From positions 309,324 through 373,323 of the forward strand of contig NW_013657646.1 in assembly GCF_000142905.1 (NCBI RefSeq): 64,000 nt of DNA. The letters run 5' to 3'. A program made the position numbers and the translations under genes. Positions 23,872 through 33,249 of the stretch are shown in pieces. The notes beneath the pieces are model-generated. The model was not told the origin of the DNA. It searched no databases and saw only the letters and a list, made by a program, of their open reading frames with translations. The DNA is from Thecamonas trahens ATCC 50062 (taxonomy: Eukaryota > Protista > Apusomonadida). Position 1 is the first letter of the stretch; each line of letters starts with the position of its first letter.

Positions 23872-25612
23872 GCAACGAGGCTGATGACGGCGGCAGCGGC
23901 ATGTGTTTGGCCGGAATCCGCTCGCCGTTGACGGTGGTGAGCGGGAGTTCGGCCCACCACGGCTGCGAAGCCTTGGCGAGGTCGCGGGCGTGCGCAGCAC
24001 GTGCCGCCGCGGACGTTCGCTGCCGCTCGGACACCTGCGGCTGCGCAGCGGCCATGGCCTGCAGTGAAAGCGAGCCGCTCAGCTCGGCAGCTGTCTGCGA
24101 GGCGGCGGCAATGAGCCCCGCTCGTCGCCGCTGGCCAGCAGCCACGATCGCAGCTCGGCGCTGGGCTGCACTGGTTGCGTCCTCGACCCGGACCCGCAGC
24201 TCGGCGAGCTTCTTGGCCGACGTCGGCCCAGAGACTGTCTTGTAGTGTGCGAGCTTGGTGCGGATGGCATCGTGGTGGGCCCGGAGCCGCTGCGCGGTCA
24301 GCGGCTTCCGAGTCGGGAGGCCGACGTCGGCCGGATCGGCCTCGGGCACCACGTTCTCGGCATCTGCGCCGTCACCTTCTCCCACGTCCGGCTTGTCTCG
24401 AGCGGCTCCGCTCGCCTGGGCCTTCCGCTCGCGGATGGCTTGAAGCCGCTTCCGCCACACCTGCTGGATGAGGATGGCGGCGCGGATTCGCTTCCACCCG
24501 CTCACCCTGTCGGCCGGAAGCTGGGCCACAAACTCAAGCTCTTCCTGCTTGCGCTTCAGCTCGCGCGCTTTGGCCTTGTGCTTGGTGGCAACAGTGGTCC
24601 ACTGCGAGTCACGGCCGCGGGCGGCAGCAGCGCGCGAGGCCTCGATGCGGCCGCGCAGCTTGCGCTGGACCCGCACCACGTAGCTCTTAAGGAGCTTCCA
24701 TGCCCGCCACGCCCGGTGGCTCCGCCACGCATTCTGTACAAGCCGAGCGGCGGCGGCAAGGTCGGCGAGCCGCTTCTTGGGCGAGTCGGCGGTTGTCACG
24801 TCGAGCAGCAGGCTCGCGTGACCCTCGACCTTGTGCGCGACCGCAGCGGCGGCGGCTGACACGTTGGCACGCATATAAAAGTCGCGCTCGTCCGACGAGG
24901 CCATGACGAGCGCGGTGATGACGTCGAGAACCCGCATGAGAACTGAGGGATTGTGCGACGAGGCTAGCATGTCAAGGAGCATCGAGTCGGCGCCACCGTT
25001 GGCGTTGACAAAGGCGCGGAGCGCGGCCGGCGACGAGGCCACAATCCGGCGAAGGAGGCGCAGGACGGCAGAGAGCGGAATCGGGTGGCGGAGGCGCGAG
25101 AGAAGCGATTCAAAGGCGCGTGTCGATGCAGCATCACGAACAGCATGAGTGCGGACCGGGCCGCGGCCGCGACCAAAGCCTAGCACGTCCGAGACCGAGT
25201 GGATGAGTGCGGTGGCGACGGCCGGGAGTGGGCAGTCGGCGACGAGGCGCATGAGAACGGCCCCAAGGCGGCGGTCGGCAAGGTAGGCCGAGGCACGGCC
25301 AAGACCCGAGATGAGCGTGCCAGCAATGTGGACGAGCCGCTGCGTCACGTCCCAGCCAGTCTCGCTCCCACGGGCCTCTGCCGCGTCGGCGACAGTGTCA
25401 AAGACCATGGCGGTGACGCCAATGTCCCAGGCCACCTGCCGCAGCCTGCGCATGGCCACAGCGCCAAGGCGGGCAAAGCCATGTCCGAGCACCTCCTCCA
25501 GCTCAAGAAGCGCATGCCGCTTAGTCTTGCCGCGGCGGCCACCCGCGCGCTGGCGGACAACTTCAAGCTCGCCACAGAGCGCATCAAAGGCAGAGGCGGT
25601 GGAGGAGGTCAT
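23858..25612 (-). CDS. IQCB1: IQ calmodulin-binding motif protein 1 / nephrocystin-5-like
   Basis: ARM-like helical N-half, IQ motifs (AARLVQNAWRSHRAWR, VVRVQRKLRGR, AAILIQQVWRKR), a coiled coil ending EFVAQLPAD, and C-terminal QPWW. Start taken as MTSSTASAF at 25612. Confidence 0.78.
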   Translation of the reverse strand: MTSSTASAFDALCGELEVVRQRAGGRRGKTKRHALLELEEVLGHGFARLGAVAMRRLRQVAWDIGVTAMVFDTVADAAEARGSETGWDVTQRLVHIAGTLISGLGRASAYLADRRLGAVLMRLVADCPLPAVATALIHSVSDVLGFGRGRGPVRTHAVRDAASTRAFESLLSRLRHPIPLSAVLRLLRRIVASSPAALRAFVNANGGADSMLLDMLASSHNPSVLMRVLDVITALVMASSDERDFYMRANVSAAAAAVAHKVEGHASLLLDVTTADSPKKRLADLAAAARLVQNAWRSHRAWRAWKLLKSYVVRVQRKLRGRIEASRAAAARGRDSQWTTVATKHKAKARELKRKQEELEFVAQLPADRVSGWKRIRAAILIQQVWRKRLQAIRERKAQASGAARDKPDVGEGDGADAENVVPEADPADVGLPTRKPLTAQRLRAHHDAIRTKLAHYKTVSGPTSAKKLAELRVRVEDATSAAQRRAAIVAAGQRRRAGLIAAASQTAAELSGSLSLQAMAAAQPQVSERQRTSAAARAAHARDLAKASQPWWAELPLTTVNGERIPAKHMPLPPSSASLLSQN

Positions 25613-25729
25613 GGCGTCTGGGTGGGTGCGGCGAGGAGTGATCGATCGGGCGCCAAAGCGGCAACGGCAGGAAAAGGTCGTGAATTTCAAACGGGTGCCG
25701 TATGGCGCCAAGGACGGCACCACGCCACC

Positions 25730-26323
25730 ATGGAGGTGACGTCGATCCAGGAGCGGGTTCCGCTTGCCCACCAGGACCCTGGCTTGTTCTATGCCTTTCT
25801 CCCCCTCCAAGTCTTGCTCTATATCCATACCCGCTACTCGGTAGCCTTTGGTATACTCACCCTCGCCCTCCTCATCTACAAGGGTACGTTGCTGGGCGTG
25901 TGCTGGCCAACGGCGCGCCGCGGGCGCAAGCGGTGTGCAGGTCACCAAGGGTGTGCAGCACACGACAGTACGATAACGACTCACACGTGTATGGAGTGGA
26001 TGTGGGGATGCGGTTGTGTAGCGGAGGAGCTTGTCTTTCCGGACCATGCGCTGGGGGGCGAGTCGTTTCTCTGGGTCCTGTTCCTCACCCTCGAGCCGCT
26101 GAGGCTGTACGCGGGGTACATGGGCAACGCGGTGGCATCGGGCAAGGCACTCTTGGCCTTTGATGGCCTCACACTCCTTGTTGCTGCCATGCATGTCTAC
26201 TGGCTCTGGTGGCAGGTCTGGGTCTTCCATCTCGACTGGATCCTCTCCTGGATTGCCATCACCCTTCTCTTCCTCGAGTTTGTCATGGCTTCAAAGGTCC
26301 TTGCCCAGGTCCAGAACAGGTGA
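25730..26323 (+). CDS. TMEM216: TMEM216/TMEM80/TMEM17-family ciliary transition-zone membrane protein; exons 25730-25883 and 26022-26323
   Basis: LPLQVLLY..Y...LLIYK, intron GTACGT..GTAG (138 nt), then AEELVFP...LEPLRLYAGYMGN...YWLWWQVWVFHLD...LFLEF, giving four TM helices. Paralogue assignment within the family is not certain. Confidence 0.82.
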   Translation: MEVTSIQERVPLAHQDPGLFYAFLPLQVLLYIHTRYSVAFGILTLALLIYKGTLLGVCWPTARRGRKRCAGHQGCAAHDSTITTHTCMEWMWGCGCVAEELVFPDHALGGESFLWVLFLTLEPLRLYAGYMGNAVASGKALLAFDGLTLLVAAMHVYWLWWQVWVFHLDWILSWIAITLLFLEFVMASKVLAQVQNR

Positions 26324-27084
26324 TCCATCCCATGCCTCCCACCTACCACAGACTATGGATCTTGCATTGAACATGTGTGGTGTGGTGTGTGTTGATCAGC
26401 AGCGGTATTTGATGTGATGTGATGTGATGTGATGGTGGGGCGTCGAGGGAGTCGGTTTGTTGTTGTCGCCAACGGGGCGAGGGGGAGTGGGTGCACTGGT
26501 GCTGGTGCTGGATGCTGGGTGGACGAGACACTGAACTCGTGCGCGACCCAAGGCAGCGACAATGCCTGTGACGCCCACAGCTCGGTATGGCCTTGGAGGA
26601 GGTGGGGGTGGGGGTGGGGGTGGGGGTGGGGGTGGGTGGGTGGGTGGGTGGGGGGGGGGAGGGGAGGTGAGGTGCGGGTCAAGGCGACAGGCGAGGCAGT
26701 GGCGGTTGGTGGCGGGTGCGAGCAAGGCAGAGAGACTGGAGACTGGATTGGGCGGGGACTTATGCGTTTGGGGCTGTGGGCTTGTGTGAGAGGGGATGTA
26801 GGTCGTCGGTGCGTGGGAGAGGAAGAGGTGCAAGGAGGGGAAGGGGAAGAGGCTCGGCTGTAAGTGGACGATGTGGTGCGCGCAAGGCATGGGAGCGGGG
26901 GGCCGCGAGNNNNNNNNNNNNNNNNNNNNNNNNNNNNNNNNNNNNNNNNNNNNNNNNNNNNNNNNNNNNNNNNNNNNNNNNNNNNNNNNNNNNNNNNNNN
27001 NNNNNNNNNGTTTAGGGGGGGGGGCGATGACTGACAAGAGATGATGGATGGATGGGGCGTGGCGCGGGTGGGATGTGCTGATAG

Positions 27085-27909
27085 TCCAAGCGCGGACGGG
27101 GTAGAGGTCGGGCATCGGGACTGCGGGCGCGATCTACAAAGAAGGCGACGATCGGAGGCAAGAAGTCGAGCAAGGCCAGGGGGCGGGGAGGCGGACGGGG
27201 CAAGCGCGGGACGAGCAGAAAGCGTGGAGTGGGCCGGAAGCGTGGGACAAAGAAGAAGCGCGGCGCGGCCAAGAGACGACGTGGTGCGGCGGCGCGGAGA
27301 GCAGCGGCTGCGGCGGAGCGAGCTGGCCAGGAATCGCCGTCGGCGCGGCCGCCTGAGCCGCAGAAGGTCGTGGTCGAAGTGGTGCAGCAGCCGGCGACGC
27401 AAGCTGCGCCGCAGGTGGTTCACGTCGAGCCAGGGCCCGCCACTGAAGTTCACCACTACCACACAACCCGTGAAGTGATTGCCTCGCCGAGCGGGCCGGC
27501 TGGCGCCGAGCTAGAGCCGGTCATCGGGCAGGTGCGGTCCGAGTGGCGCTCCGAGCTGCAAAACATGACTGCGGCGCAGGAGGCCGAGGCGCTGCGGACA
27601 CACTCGACAATGCGCGAAATGGTCATGTCGGCGTCGGGACAAGCCGACTCGCTCGCGCTGCGGCTCTCGCAGATCGAGCTCGAGTCCAAGATGCGGATGG
27701 ACGACGAGGAGGCGCAGCTGGAGGCGACCCAGCGCCAGGTCCGCGACCTCCAGACAGAGCTGCACAAGACTCACGAGGCAATGCAGGCGACCCAAACTGC
27801 CATGGTGGCGCGGGTGTCGCGGACCAAGCGTCTGAGCTGGACCCTCGCCGTCGCGCTCTTCCTCCTCCTACTCGCCCTCGCCGTCCTCACGTATGCCTAC
27901 ATCACATGA
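27085..27909 (+). CDS. Terminal exon of a tail-anchored protein with very basic N-region, coiled coil and C-terminal TM helix; 5' exons unresolved (possible ATG 26587, gap 26910-27009)
   Basis: Acceptor CTGATAG at 27084 is in frame with ORF 27229..27909. The exon reads SKRGRGRGRASG...KKKRGAAKRRR, then heptads, then LSWTLAVALFLLLLALAVLTYAYIT*. Confidence 0.7.
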   Translation, partial: SKRGRGRGRASGLRARSTKKATIGGKKSSKARGRGGGRGKRGTSRKRGVGRKRGTKKKRGAAKRRRGAAARRAAAAAERAGQESPSARPPEPQKVVVEVVQQPATQAAPQVVHVEPGPATEVHHYHTTREVIASPSGPAGAELEPVIGQVRSEWRSELQNMTAAQEAEALRTHSTMREMVMSASGQADSLALRLSQIELESKMRMDDEEAQLEATQRQVRDLQTELHKTHEAMQATQTAMVARVSRTKRLSWTLAVALFLLLLALAVLTYAYIT

Positions 27910-28048
27910 AAACAAAGATCCCTCCTTCCGGTGCTCAGCGACTAGGAAGGGCTCTGGCTTTATCGACCGTGATCAAACACGTGCTACAGCAGCAGTGGCT
28001 CAGCGGCTTGAGCCGGCAGCTCAGCTGAGCGGCTCAGCAACAGTTAAG

Positions 28049-28526
28049 TTAGTACGGATCGTCTTCATCGCGCCAGGGCAGGCCAGTCTGGAACGATCCA
28101 GTCGACTCAAACGGGCGGAGGACGCCGGCCTGAGCCGATGCCACAAAGTCGACGGCGTCTGCAGCCAGAATGTCCTCTGTTGCCCGCTCCCGCTGCGCAG
28201 CCGCCTCCTTGATGACCTTTTCCGACGGCGAGTACATAGTTGCGTTCTATACACCCATTACCTCACCATGTGTGAGTATGGCGACATGCTGTCCTTACTG
28301 ACTGCCATTGGCGCGCGCGGGGAGGGGGGGGGGGTTACGGCTGGCAGGCGTCCGTTGGCCGGACGGACGGGTTCGGGGGAAGGGGATGGAGGGCAGAGGA
28401 GGAGAGGAGGATGTGGATACGTACCGGAGGCATGGCAGCCATGGGCTCACGAGCAAGACCAACAGCAATGTTGGTGGTGACCTGGAACTTCTGGCGGATG
28501 TCGTCCGACACGGATCCCGAGGCCAT
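28049..28526 (-). CDS. Small 99-aa protein, possibly complex I accessory subunit NDUFA7/NUZM-like; exons 28526-28425 and 28246-28049
   Basis: Clean GTACGT donor, CTCAC branch and TATAG acceptor join MASGSVSDDIRQKFQVTTNIAVGLAREPMAAMPP to NATMYSP...TGLPWRDEDDPY*. The family guess rests only on loose N- and C-terminal resemblance. Confidence 0.55.
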
Positions 28527-29015
28527 GGTCGTCAGCGAGTTGAGTGAGTGCTGCTGTTGTTGGCAATTCGGGCGGCGCTCGGTCTCTGGCAAAGTGGCGC
28601 AAGAACAATGGTCTGGCACAACATCGGGGTTGTTTGAGGGCAATCCACGCGTAGTGAGGGGAGAGTGAGCTGTGTCTGATCGGTGCGCTTGCTACGGTGC
28701 GCTTACTACCGAGCAAGGCCATCACGATCAAGAAGATGGCCATGAGGGGTATGACGCCCGCAACCGCATGAGCAAGACCATTCTTGTGACTGATCGCTGT
28801 CTTGTTGGACGATGTGGACGATGTGCATGATGTGCGACTCTGATCTCAGCTGATGGCCAGCATGTGGTAGCCGTAGCAGCCATGATGGCACCCGTGGAGG
28901 CATTGCTGTGGTCAAGCGGGTCAAGTGACCGTCTGTCGGCGACCATCTTTCGGTCACTCACACCAGCTGAAGGGCCACTCCACGCCCGACCACACCACTT
29001 GCGACTCGACCAACC

Positions 29016-30202
29016 ATGCCCAAGTCCAAGCGCCAGAAGCTGTGTACGGTACATGGGAGAGGGAGGGAGGGGGAGGAAGGTGTAGGAGGGAGGGAGGGGG
29101 AGGGGATGGGGGGGGGAGGGGGGAGGAGGGAGAGGGAGAGGGAGGGGGAGTGGAGGATGGATTGGGAGATGGCAAGAGGTAGTGGAGACAGGGGGGGGCA
29201 TAGGAGGGGGGGGATGGGGGAGATGGGGGGGGGATAGGGGGATGGGGGGATGGGGGGATGGGGAAGGGACTTATGTATGTGGGGATTGATGGGTGATGGT
29301 GATGGGATGGCTGGATGGCTGGGATGGCTGGGATGGCTGGGGGGGATGGCTGACTGGCGGACGGACAACGAACGAATACAATGGAATGATAACAATGGTG
29401 GTGTTTGTGGTGGTGTTCATCGACGGCTATGATGATCATGGTGTCGACTCCTACTACACTGCTGCGACGACCGCTGCTGTAACTGCTGCTGATTGATGTC
29501 GGGATAACAGACTCGCTGACGTCTGTGGCCAAGGGCGGCCGCGAGGCCAAGTCCCAGCTCATTGATACCATCCGCGAGGCAGCGGGCAACTTCCCGCGGC
29601 TGCTGCTGGTGCAGGTGTGGAACATGCGCAATGCGTCGCTGAAGGAGCTCCGGATGCGGTGGAAGCCCGACTCGCGGTTCTTCTTTGGCAAGCACGCCGT
29701 GATGCGTGTGGCGCTCGGCCGGACGGCTGAGGAGGAGATTGCCGAGGGCATCTCCAAGGTTGCCAACGCTATCCGGACCGGGACTGGCCTGCTCTTCACC
29801 GAGAAGAGCCTCAAGGAGGTGCAGGACCACTTTGACACCATGCAGGAGGCGCACTACGCCCGTGCCGGCACAGAGGTCTACGACACGATCACCATCGAGG
29901 CCGGCCCGCTCACCCAGTTTGGCCACTCGCTCGAGCCGCGCCTCCGCCAGCTCGGCCTGCCCACCCGCCTCAACAAGGGTGTCATCGAGCTCCTCGAGAC
30001 CGTCGACCTCTGCGCCGCAGGCGATGTCCTCTCCTCGGAGCAGGCCGCGCTCCTCCGCCTCTTTGACCACAAGCTCGCCCTCTTCCGCATGCAGGTCGTC
30101 GGCGCATGGGAGGCCGAGTCGGGCAAGTTTGTCGACATCAGCCCCTCCCCGCCCCAGGTCACCCGCTCCATCTCTGGCCAAGCTGACATGGCTGAAGAGT
30201 AA
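29016..30202 (+). CDS. MRT4: Ribosome assembly factor Mrt4 (uL10 paralogue); exons 29016-29043 and 29511-30202
   Basis: MPKSKRQKLYSLTSVAK after splicing GTACGG..AACAG, then NMRN..LKELR..W..DSRFFFGK..VMRVALGRT..EE, GLLFT, YARAG and HSLEPRLRQLGLPT. Confidence 0.96.
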
Positions 30203-30284
30203 AGTCGTGATAACCCAGCCTCTTGTCGGGCGCCCTCCCTCCTCTGCCAGTCGCCCGCCCACGACACTTCTCTCGCTCCTCCTG

Positions 30285-32345
30285 ATGGCTGCAGGGAACC
30301 ATTTGACGATTGCGCGCGGGAGGAGCCACATCAATGCAGATCAGCTTCAGGCGTATCTGTTCGGATCGAGTGAGGCGGTGGCGGCGCATGAGGCGGCGGT
30401 GGCGCTGCTCGAGTCTTCCGAGCACTCGTGGATGGTGGACGACTCGCTGGTGGATGCCGACGTGGCGACGGTGCGAGAGGAGACGCTGCGGCGGATTGTG
30501 GCGGGGAACAAGCTGGTGAAGGAGCTTGGCGGCGTCGAGGCTGACGAGGGAGTGGCGAGGGCACTGGCTCGCTTGCTGCACATTACCGACGGCGCCCTGT
30601 CGATGCGGTGGGGCGTGCACAGCGTGCTCTTCGCCGAGGCTGTCCGCATTCTGGCCTCGCCAGAGGTGGCGGGCGAACTGGCGGAAGCCATAGCCGACAT
30701 GGATGTCATCGGCTGCTTTGCCATGACCGAACTCGGATGCTCGTCGTACCTTCGTGGCATTGCCACGGTGGCGGTCTACCATCCGGCTCAAGACGCCTTT
30801 GTCCTCCACACCCCGTCTCCGCTCGCCACCAAGGTATGGATCGGGATGGCGGGACAGAGTGCGACGCACAGTGTGGTGCTTGCTCGCATGGCAGTGGCCC
30901 AGCCTGGACGCAAGCTCGAGTGGCTGGGCCTGCAGTGGTTCCTCGTCCCCATCCGCGACACGGTGACCGGCGCCCCGCTGCCCGGCGCCACCATCGGCGA
31001 CATGGGTGCCAAGATGGGCCGCCATGGCCTGGACAACGGCACGCTCTCATTTGATGCGATGGTTCTGCCGAGCAGCGCGCGGCTTGCCCGGTTTGCCAGC
31101 CTTGAGCGGAGCAAGGATCCCGGTACACCGTCCGGTTGGGCCGTCCGCTTCTCGCCATCGCCGCTGGCGCAGATGGCGTATGCTGTCCTCATCACCGAGC
31201 GGGTGACGGCGGTGCGGTCAGCGTGTGACACTCTTGCCATCGGCGCGACCATTGCAGTCCGCTATGGATATCTGCGGCAGCAGGGCCCGCCTTCCATCGA
31301 CAACATTATGGCGTACCCGTCGTACGCCGGACGGGCGCTATCGCTGGTGGTTGACGCTCTCGCACTGCACGCCTCGGCGGCTCAGCTAGAGGCCGGTCTC
31401 GCGGCGCTAGACGCCATCCGCGAAGCCGACGACATGGCCATGTACGCCAGCGGTGTGAGTCTCCTGCACACATCGTCGGCGTGTCTCAAGGCGTACGGTG
31501 GGTGGCTGGCAAACGATGGGCTCGAGACTGCGCGCCAATGCCTCGGCGGGCATGGCTACTCTGCTTACAACAACGTGTCGACGCTCATCACTGACTGGGC
31601 CGTCTTTACCACTGGCGGTGGCGACAACACTGTCATGGGCCTACAGACGGCGCGATTTCTTGCCAAGCTCGCTCTCGACCGCGATCGCGCTCCTGACCGG
31701 TTGGCAGACGCCCCGGAGGTCCTTGCCGCGCAATACGCGTACCTGCTCAAGCCAGTGTGCCCGAAGCAGTTGGCCGACATAGGTGAGCATCTGAAGGCCG
31801 TTGCAGCTGAAGCGATTGTGGCCGATGGCTGCATGCTGGTGGCCTGGGCGGCGCAGATGCGGCTGGCACAACTGGCGGCGGCGCTGGCTCCCGTGGCACG
31901 CGACGAGTGGTGGGTGGAGTGCCAGATGCCGGCACTGGAGGCGGCACGTGCGCACGCGCGGGCGGTCATGACGATGGCACTAGCCGAGTGGGTGGCAGCA
32001 GCACCAGCAGATCTTGCACTTGTCCTTCACCGCTGCGGCGCGATCTTTGCCATTGACTCGATGCTGAGCGTGTTGGCGCTAGCGGCCGATGCCGGCGTGG
32101 TGTCCGGCGTCGAGGCTCTGCTCCATCAAGCTCGGGGGCAGCTGGTAGCGGATCTGGCCGACGATGGGGCCGTGCTCGTAGATGGCTTTGGGTTTCCGGA
32201 CTTTACTATCAAGTCGCCGCTGGCGTTTGCAAGCGGCGATGATGCATATGGCGCATACCTGCGGCGGATCGGCAAAGCAGCTGCCGTGCTTCCGTCGCGC
32301 GCCGAGTACTGGAGCCGGGTCATGGCGTCCAAGTCGAAGCTCTGA
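30285..32345 (+). CDS. ACOX: Peroxisomal acyl-CoA oxidase with C-terminal PTS1 (SKL)
   Basis: GCFAMTELG, FVLHTP..ATKVWIG, LVPIRD, PGATIGDMGAKMGRHGLDNG, AVRY..RQQG, RQCLGGHGYS, LVDGFGFPDF..KSPL, ending SKL*. Confidence 0.94.
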   Translation: MAAGNHLTIARGRSHINADQLQAYLFGSSEAVAAHEAAVALLESSEHSWMVDDSLVDADVATVREETLRRIVAGNKLVKELGGVEADEGVARALARLLHITDGALSMRWGVHSVLFAEAVRILASPEVAGELAEAIADMDVIGCFAMTELGCSSYLRGIATVAVYHPAQDAFVLHTPSPLATKVWIGMAGQSATHSVVLARMAVAQPGRKLEWLGLQWFLVPIRDTVTGAPLPGATIGDMGAKMGRHGLDNGTLSFDAMVLPSSARLARFASLERSKDPGTPSGWAVRFSPSPLAQMAYAVLITERVTAVRSACDTLAIGATIAVRYGYLRQQGPPSIDNIMAYPSYAGRALSLVVDALALHASAAQLEAGLAALDAIREADDMAMYASGVSLLHTSSACLKAYGGWLANDGLETARQCLGGHGYSAYNNVSTLITDWAVFTTGGGDNTVMGLQTARFLAKLALDRDRAPDRLADAPEVLAAQYAYLLKPVCPKQLADIGEHLKAVAAEAIVADGCMLVAWAAQMRLAQLAAALAPVARDEWWVECQMPALEAARAHARAVMTMALAEWVAAAPADLALVLHRCGAIFAIDSMLSVLALAADAGVVSGVEALLHQARGQLVADLADDGAVLVDGFGFPDFTIKSPLAFASGDDAYGAYLRRIGKAAAVLPSRAEYWSRVMASKSKL

Positions 32346-32567
32346 TCATGAGCTGCCCGAGTCCTGTGTCCGCGGATCGGCGACGCGCATGAAGGGGAAG
32401 GGCTTGCGCTTGTTGAGCGTGATGTCATCGTGGTAGAGCGCGTTGCGAGCGAGGATGCCGGCGCCCATGCACGCCGCGCCGGTAACGACCGCGATGAGCG
32501 GGTACGCCTCGGCGACGTTCCAGGTCTTGATGACTGAGCGAAGGGTGTTGGGAGCACGAGTAGCCAT
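32346..32567 (-). CDS. NDUFA4: NDUFA4/COXFA4 (MLRQ, B12D)-like mitochondrial membrane protein
   Basis: 73 aa with EAYPLIAVVTGA...ARNALYHDDITLNKRKPFPF, the family pattern of one TM helix followed by D(V/I)x(L/W)xK..P. Confidence 0.8.
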   Translation of the reverse strand: MATRAPNTLRSVIKTWNVAEAYPLIAVVTGAACMGAGILARNALYHDDITLNKRKPFPFMRVADPRTQDSGSS

Positions 32568-32741
32568 GATGAGCGAGTTGATCGAGTGTGTTAAAGCTGC
32601 GGTAGAGCTGTTTGGGTGATGTGGCGAGACTTATTCCGCTCCATCAGCCCTCGTCCCTCCAGCGTTTTATCCCTTCCTGCCCCAACCAAATCCAACCCAC
32701 TTGCTCTGCCCGACGCGACAGGCCACCCACAATTTTTCACC

Positions 32742-32783
32742 CACCGGGTCACCCCGGGTCACCCCGGGTCACCCCGGGTCACC
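32742..32783. repeat. (CACCCCGGGT) x ~4 tandem 10-mer in the divergent intergenic region
   Basis: CACCGGGTCACCCCGGGTCACCCCGGGTCACCCCGGGTCACC seen directly. Confidence 0.9.
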
Positions 32784-32812
32784 TCGACAAGCCAGTGCAG
32801 TCTGGTGCAGAG

Positions 32813-33142
32813 ATGGGCGAGGCAACGCGTGCGGGCTTGTTCGGCACCCTTTGTCTTCATTGGAGGCAAGTTGGTCCACTCCCCAGCGACAGCGAGCTAA
32901 TGGTGGGTAGTGCCCGCAACTCGAGCCCACGCGAGCGGCTGGCAAGTACGGCTGAGCGCGGCGCGGCTCGAGTCGACGACAGCATGGGCTGGGACGAGAT
33001 GGCGCTAGTGATGGGCTCGGTTGTGGTGGGATGCACACTGCTGGCCATCCTGGTGTGTGTGTACTTGTACTTGGCCGACGACTCGAGGTTCTTCCCACTC
33101 GCCTCGTATTTCTTTGATACCCGTGCCCTGCATGAGCTGTAG
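32813..33142 (+). CDS. Small hypothetical single-pass membrane protein (possible 45-nt GC-AG intron 32866-32910)
   Basis: ORF with hydrophobic ALVMGSVVVGCTLLAILVCVYLYL. A GCAAGT donor-like site, CTAAT branch and GTAG acceptor are present. Start uncertain. Confidence 0.4.
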   Translation: MGEATRAGLFGTLCLHWRQVGPLPSDSELMVGSARNSSPRERLASTAERGAARVDDSMGWDEMALVMGSVVVGCTLLAILVCVYLYLADDSRFFPLASYFFDTRALHEL

Positions 33143-33249
33143 GCCTTCCCCCCTGCACCTCATGCACCGGCACCGTGGCCATCGCGCGGCAGTGGAGCGA
33201 TGACTACACAGAACGGTGTGGAATGGTCACTGTCGCCGCAAGCGAAGAC

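Noticed and set aside
25613-26230. 5' extensions making the IQCB1 (to 26230) and TMEM216 (from 25199) ORFs appear to overlap by about 1 kb
   Set aside because: Family similarity starts at ATG 25612 and ATG 25730. The extensions are stop-free GC-rich frames.
26603-26660. (GGGGGT)n and similar tracts as telomeric repeats
   Set aside because: They are short, internal and degenerate, and belong to the general intronic/intergenic G-tract pattern.
29706-30284. N-terminal 193 aa of ORF 29706..32345 suggesting an MRT4/ACOX overlap
   Set aside because: This is an alternative frame of MRT4. ACOX similarity begins at ATG 30285.
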